A stretch of DNA of 64,000 bases from Enoplolaimus lenunculus (taxonomy: Eukaryota): positions 372,001-436,000 of the forward strand of contig JASANG010003005.1 of assembly GCA_030248215.1 (NCBI GenBank). Direction: 5' to 3'. Each line of letters opens with the position of its first letter. Position 1 is the first letter of the stretch. Of the stretch, positions 63,801-64,000 are shown one piece after another. The notes beneath the pieces are model-generated. The model saw only the letters and a program-made list of their open reading frames with translations. It did not search any database and was not told the origin of the DNA. The translations under genes were made by a program, and so were the position numbers.

Positions 63801-63998
63801 ATTTTGAGAATAACTGTTTAAATAGAAGCATAAATTTCTTATATTTTGTGTTCCCATTTCAATTATAACAATTCATAAGTGTTCAGGTGTTCTTTACTTG
63901 GCTTTGACTTAAACCGACAATGGAAATCGCCGTCAGCATGGGCTCATCCAACAATATATGCCATCAAAAAGTTACTTATTGATTATGCCGCTGATCCG
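54876..63998 (+). CDS. AGBL4: Cytosolic carboxypeptidase 6 (tubulin deglutamylase, peptidase M14), first 7 coding exons, 3'-incomplete
   Basis: Exons 54876-55092, 56694-56818, 58426-58520, 59316-59532, 61129-61264, 62425-62539, 63887-63998, all GT-AG and in phase. Motifs [74 protein letters not shown] (Zn-binding HxxE), [30 protein letters not shown] match the CCP6/AGBL4 subfamily as I recall it. The start codon is less certain than the internal exons. Confidence 0.95.
57017..57170. mobile_element. hAT-like GC-rich MITE, family F
   Basis: Perfect 8-bp TSD GCAACGTA; core TTTTCAACCTTGC...GAAAAC; end GTGAGCTAGCTACAGGCCTG. Other copies lie at ~23708-23877, 23950-24077, 35368-35527 (TSD ATGGAATT/ATGGAGTT), 49100-49247, 52014-52178 and 57657-57806. 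Confidence 0.75.
58162..58379. mobile_element. Palindromic TA-flanked MITE, family C
   Basis: Long inverted arms (CCGAAATAGGCTTTTCCTGACTACACAAACTGAGTCAAA and its reverse complement); TA flanks. Confidence 0.85.
58975..59171. repeat. GC-rich dispersed repeat, family K
   Basis: GAGCAGGC..GGGTGGG..CAAATTCCAGGGTGGG..CCAAATGG..GGTATGGGGG shared with ~8219-8355 and, inverted, ~61907-62070. Confidence 0.6.
59545..60410. mobile_element. Family A MITE expanded by a 42-48-bp minisatellite (AGBL4 intron 4)
   Basis: Perfect TSD GTTACGTT; tandem units GAGCATATTCCTAAGCCTAAGTCTAAGCGTAAGCGTAAGAA. Confidence 0.85.
60610..61117. mobile_element. Family A MITE (left end lost), opposite orientation, with a 104-bp higher-order repeat
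   Basis: Right TIR GTTCCGCCCCTGTTGTTTACATTGGCC; GGAATATTCTCATT recurs at 60656, 60760, 60864 and 60968. Confidence 0.8.
62549..63067. mobile_element. TA-flanked TIR element, family L
   Basis: TA-CTGTATTGAGCCAAATAAG...CTTAATCGGGTCATTACAG-TA. Related elements lie at 34319-34743 and 49362-49782. Confidence 0.7.
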
Positions 63999-64000
63999 GT

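Overview
AT-rich, intron-rich animal genomic DNA. It is probably a nematode or close relative (inference from the abundant TTAGGC repeats and an FLP-like YEFIRFamide peptide). Four spliced protein-coding genes were rebuilt by hand with GT-AG introns and consistent reading phase: (1) KXD1, minus strand, 4 exons, 159 aa; (2) a divergently transcribed, uncharacterised 7-transmembrane protein, 12 exons, 490 aa; (3) a two-exon RFamide neuropeptide precursor predicted to release QSDQYEFIRF-amide, whose peptide exon is absent from the ORF track; (4) the first 7 coding exons of cytosolic carboxypeptidase 6 (AGBL4/CCP6), running off the right end. The rest is crowded with short non-autonomous elements. 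These include about 30 GG-terminal, 8-bp-TSD MITEs carrying TTAGGC repeats (some expanded into pure tracts or minisatellites), TA-, TTA-, TTAA- and 8-bp-TSD MITE families, piggyBac-type MITEs with a tRNA-like cargo, and tRNA-derived SINEs, one with a LINE-derived tail. No transposase or intact reverse-transcriptase ORF was seen. Most ORF-track entries are repeat artefacts. Repeat boundaries were read by eye and may be off by a few bases.
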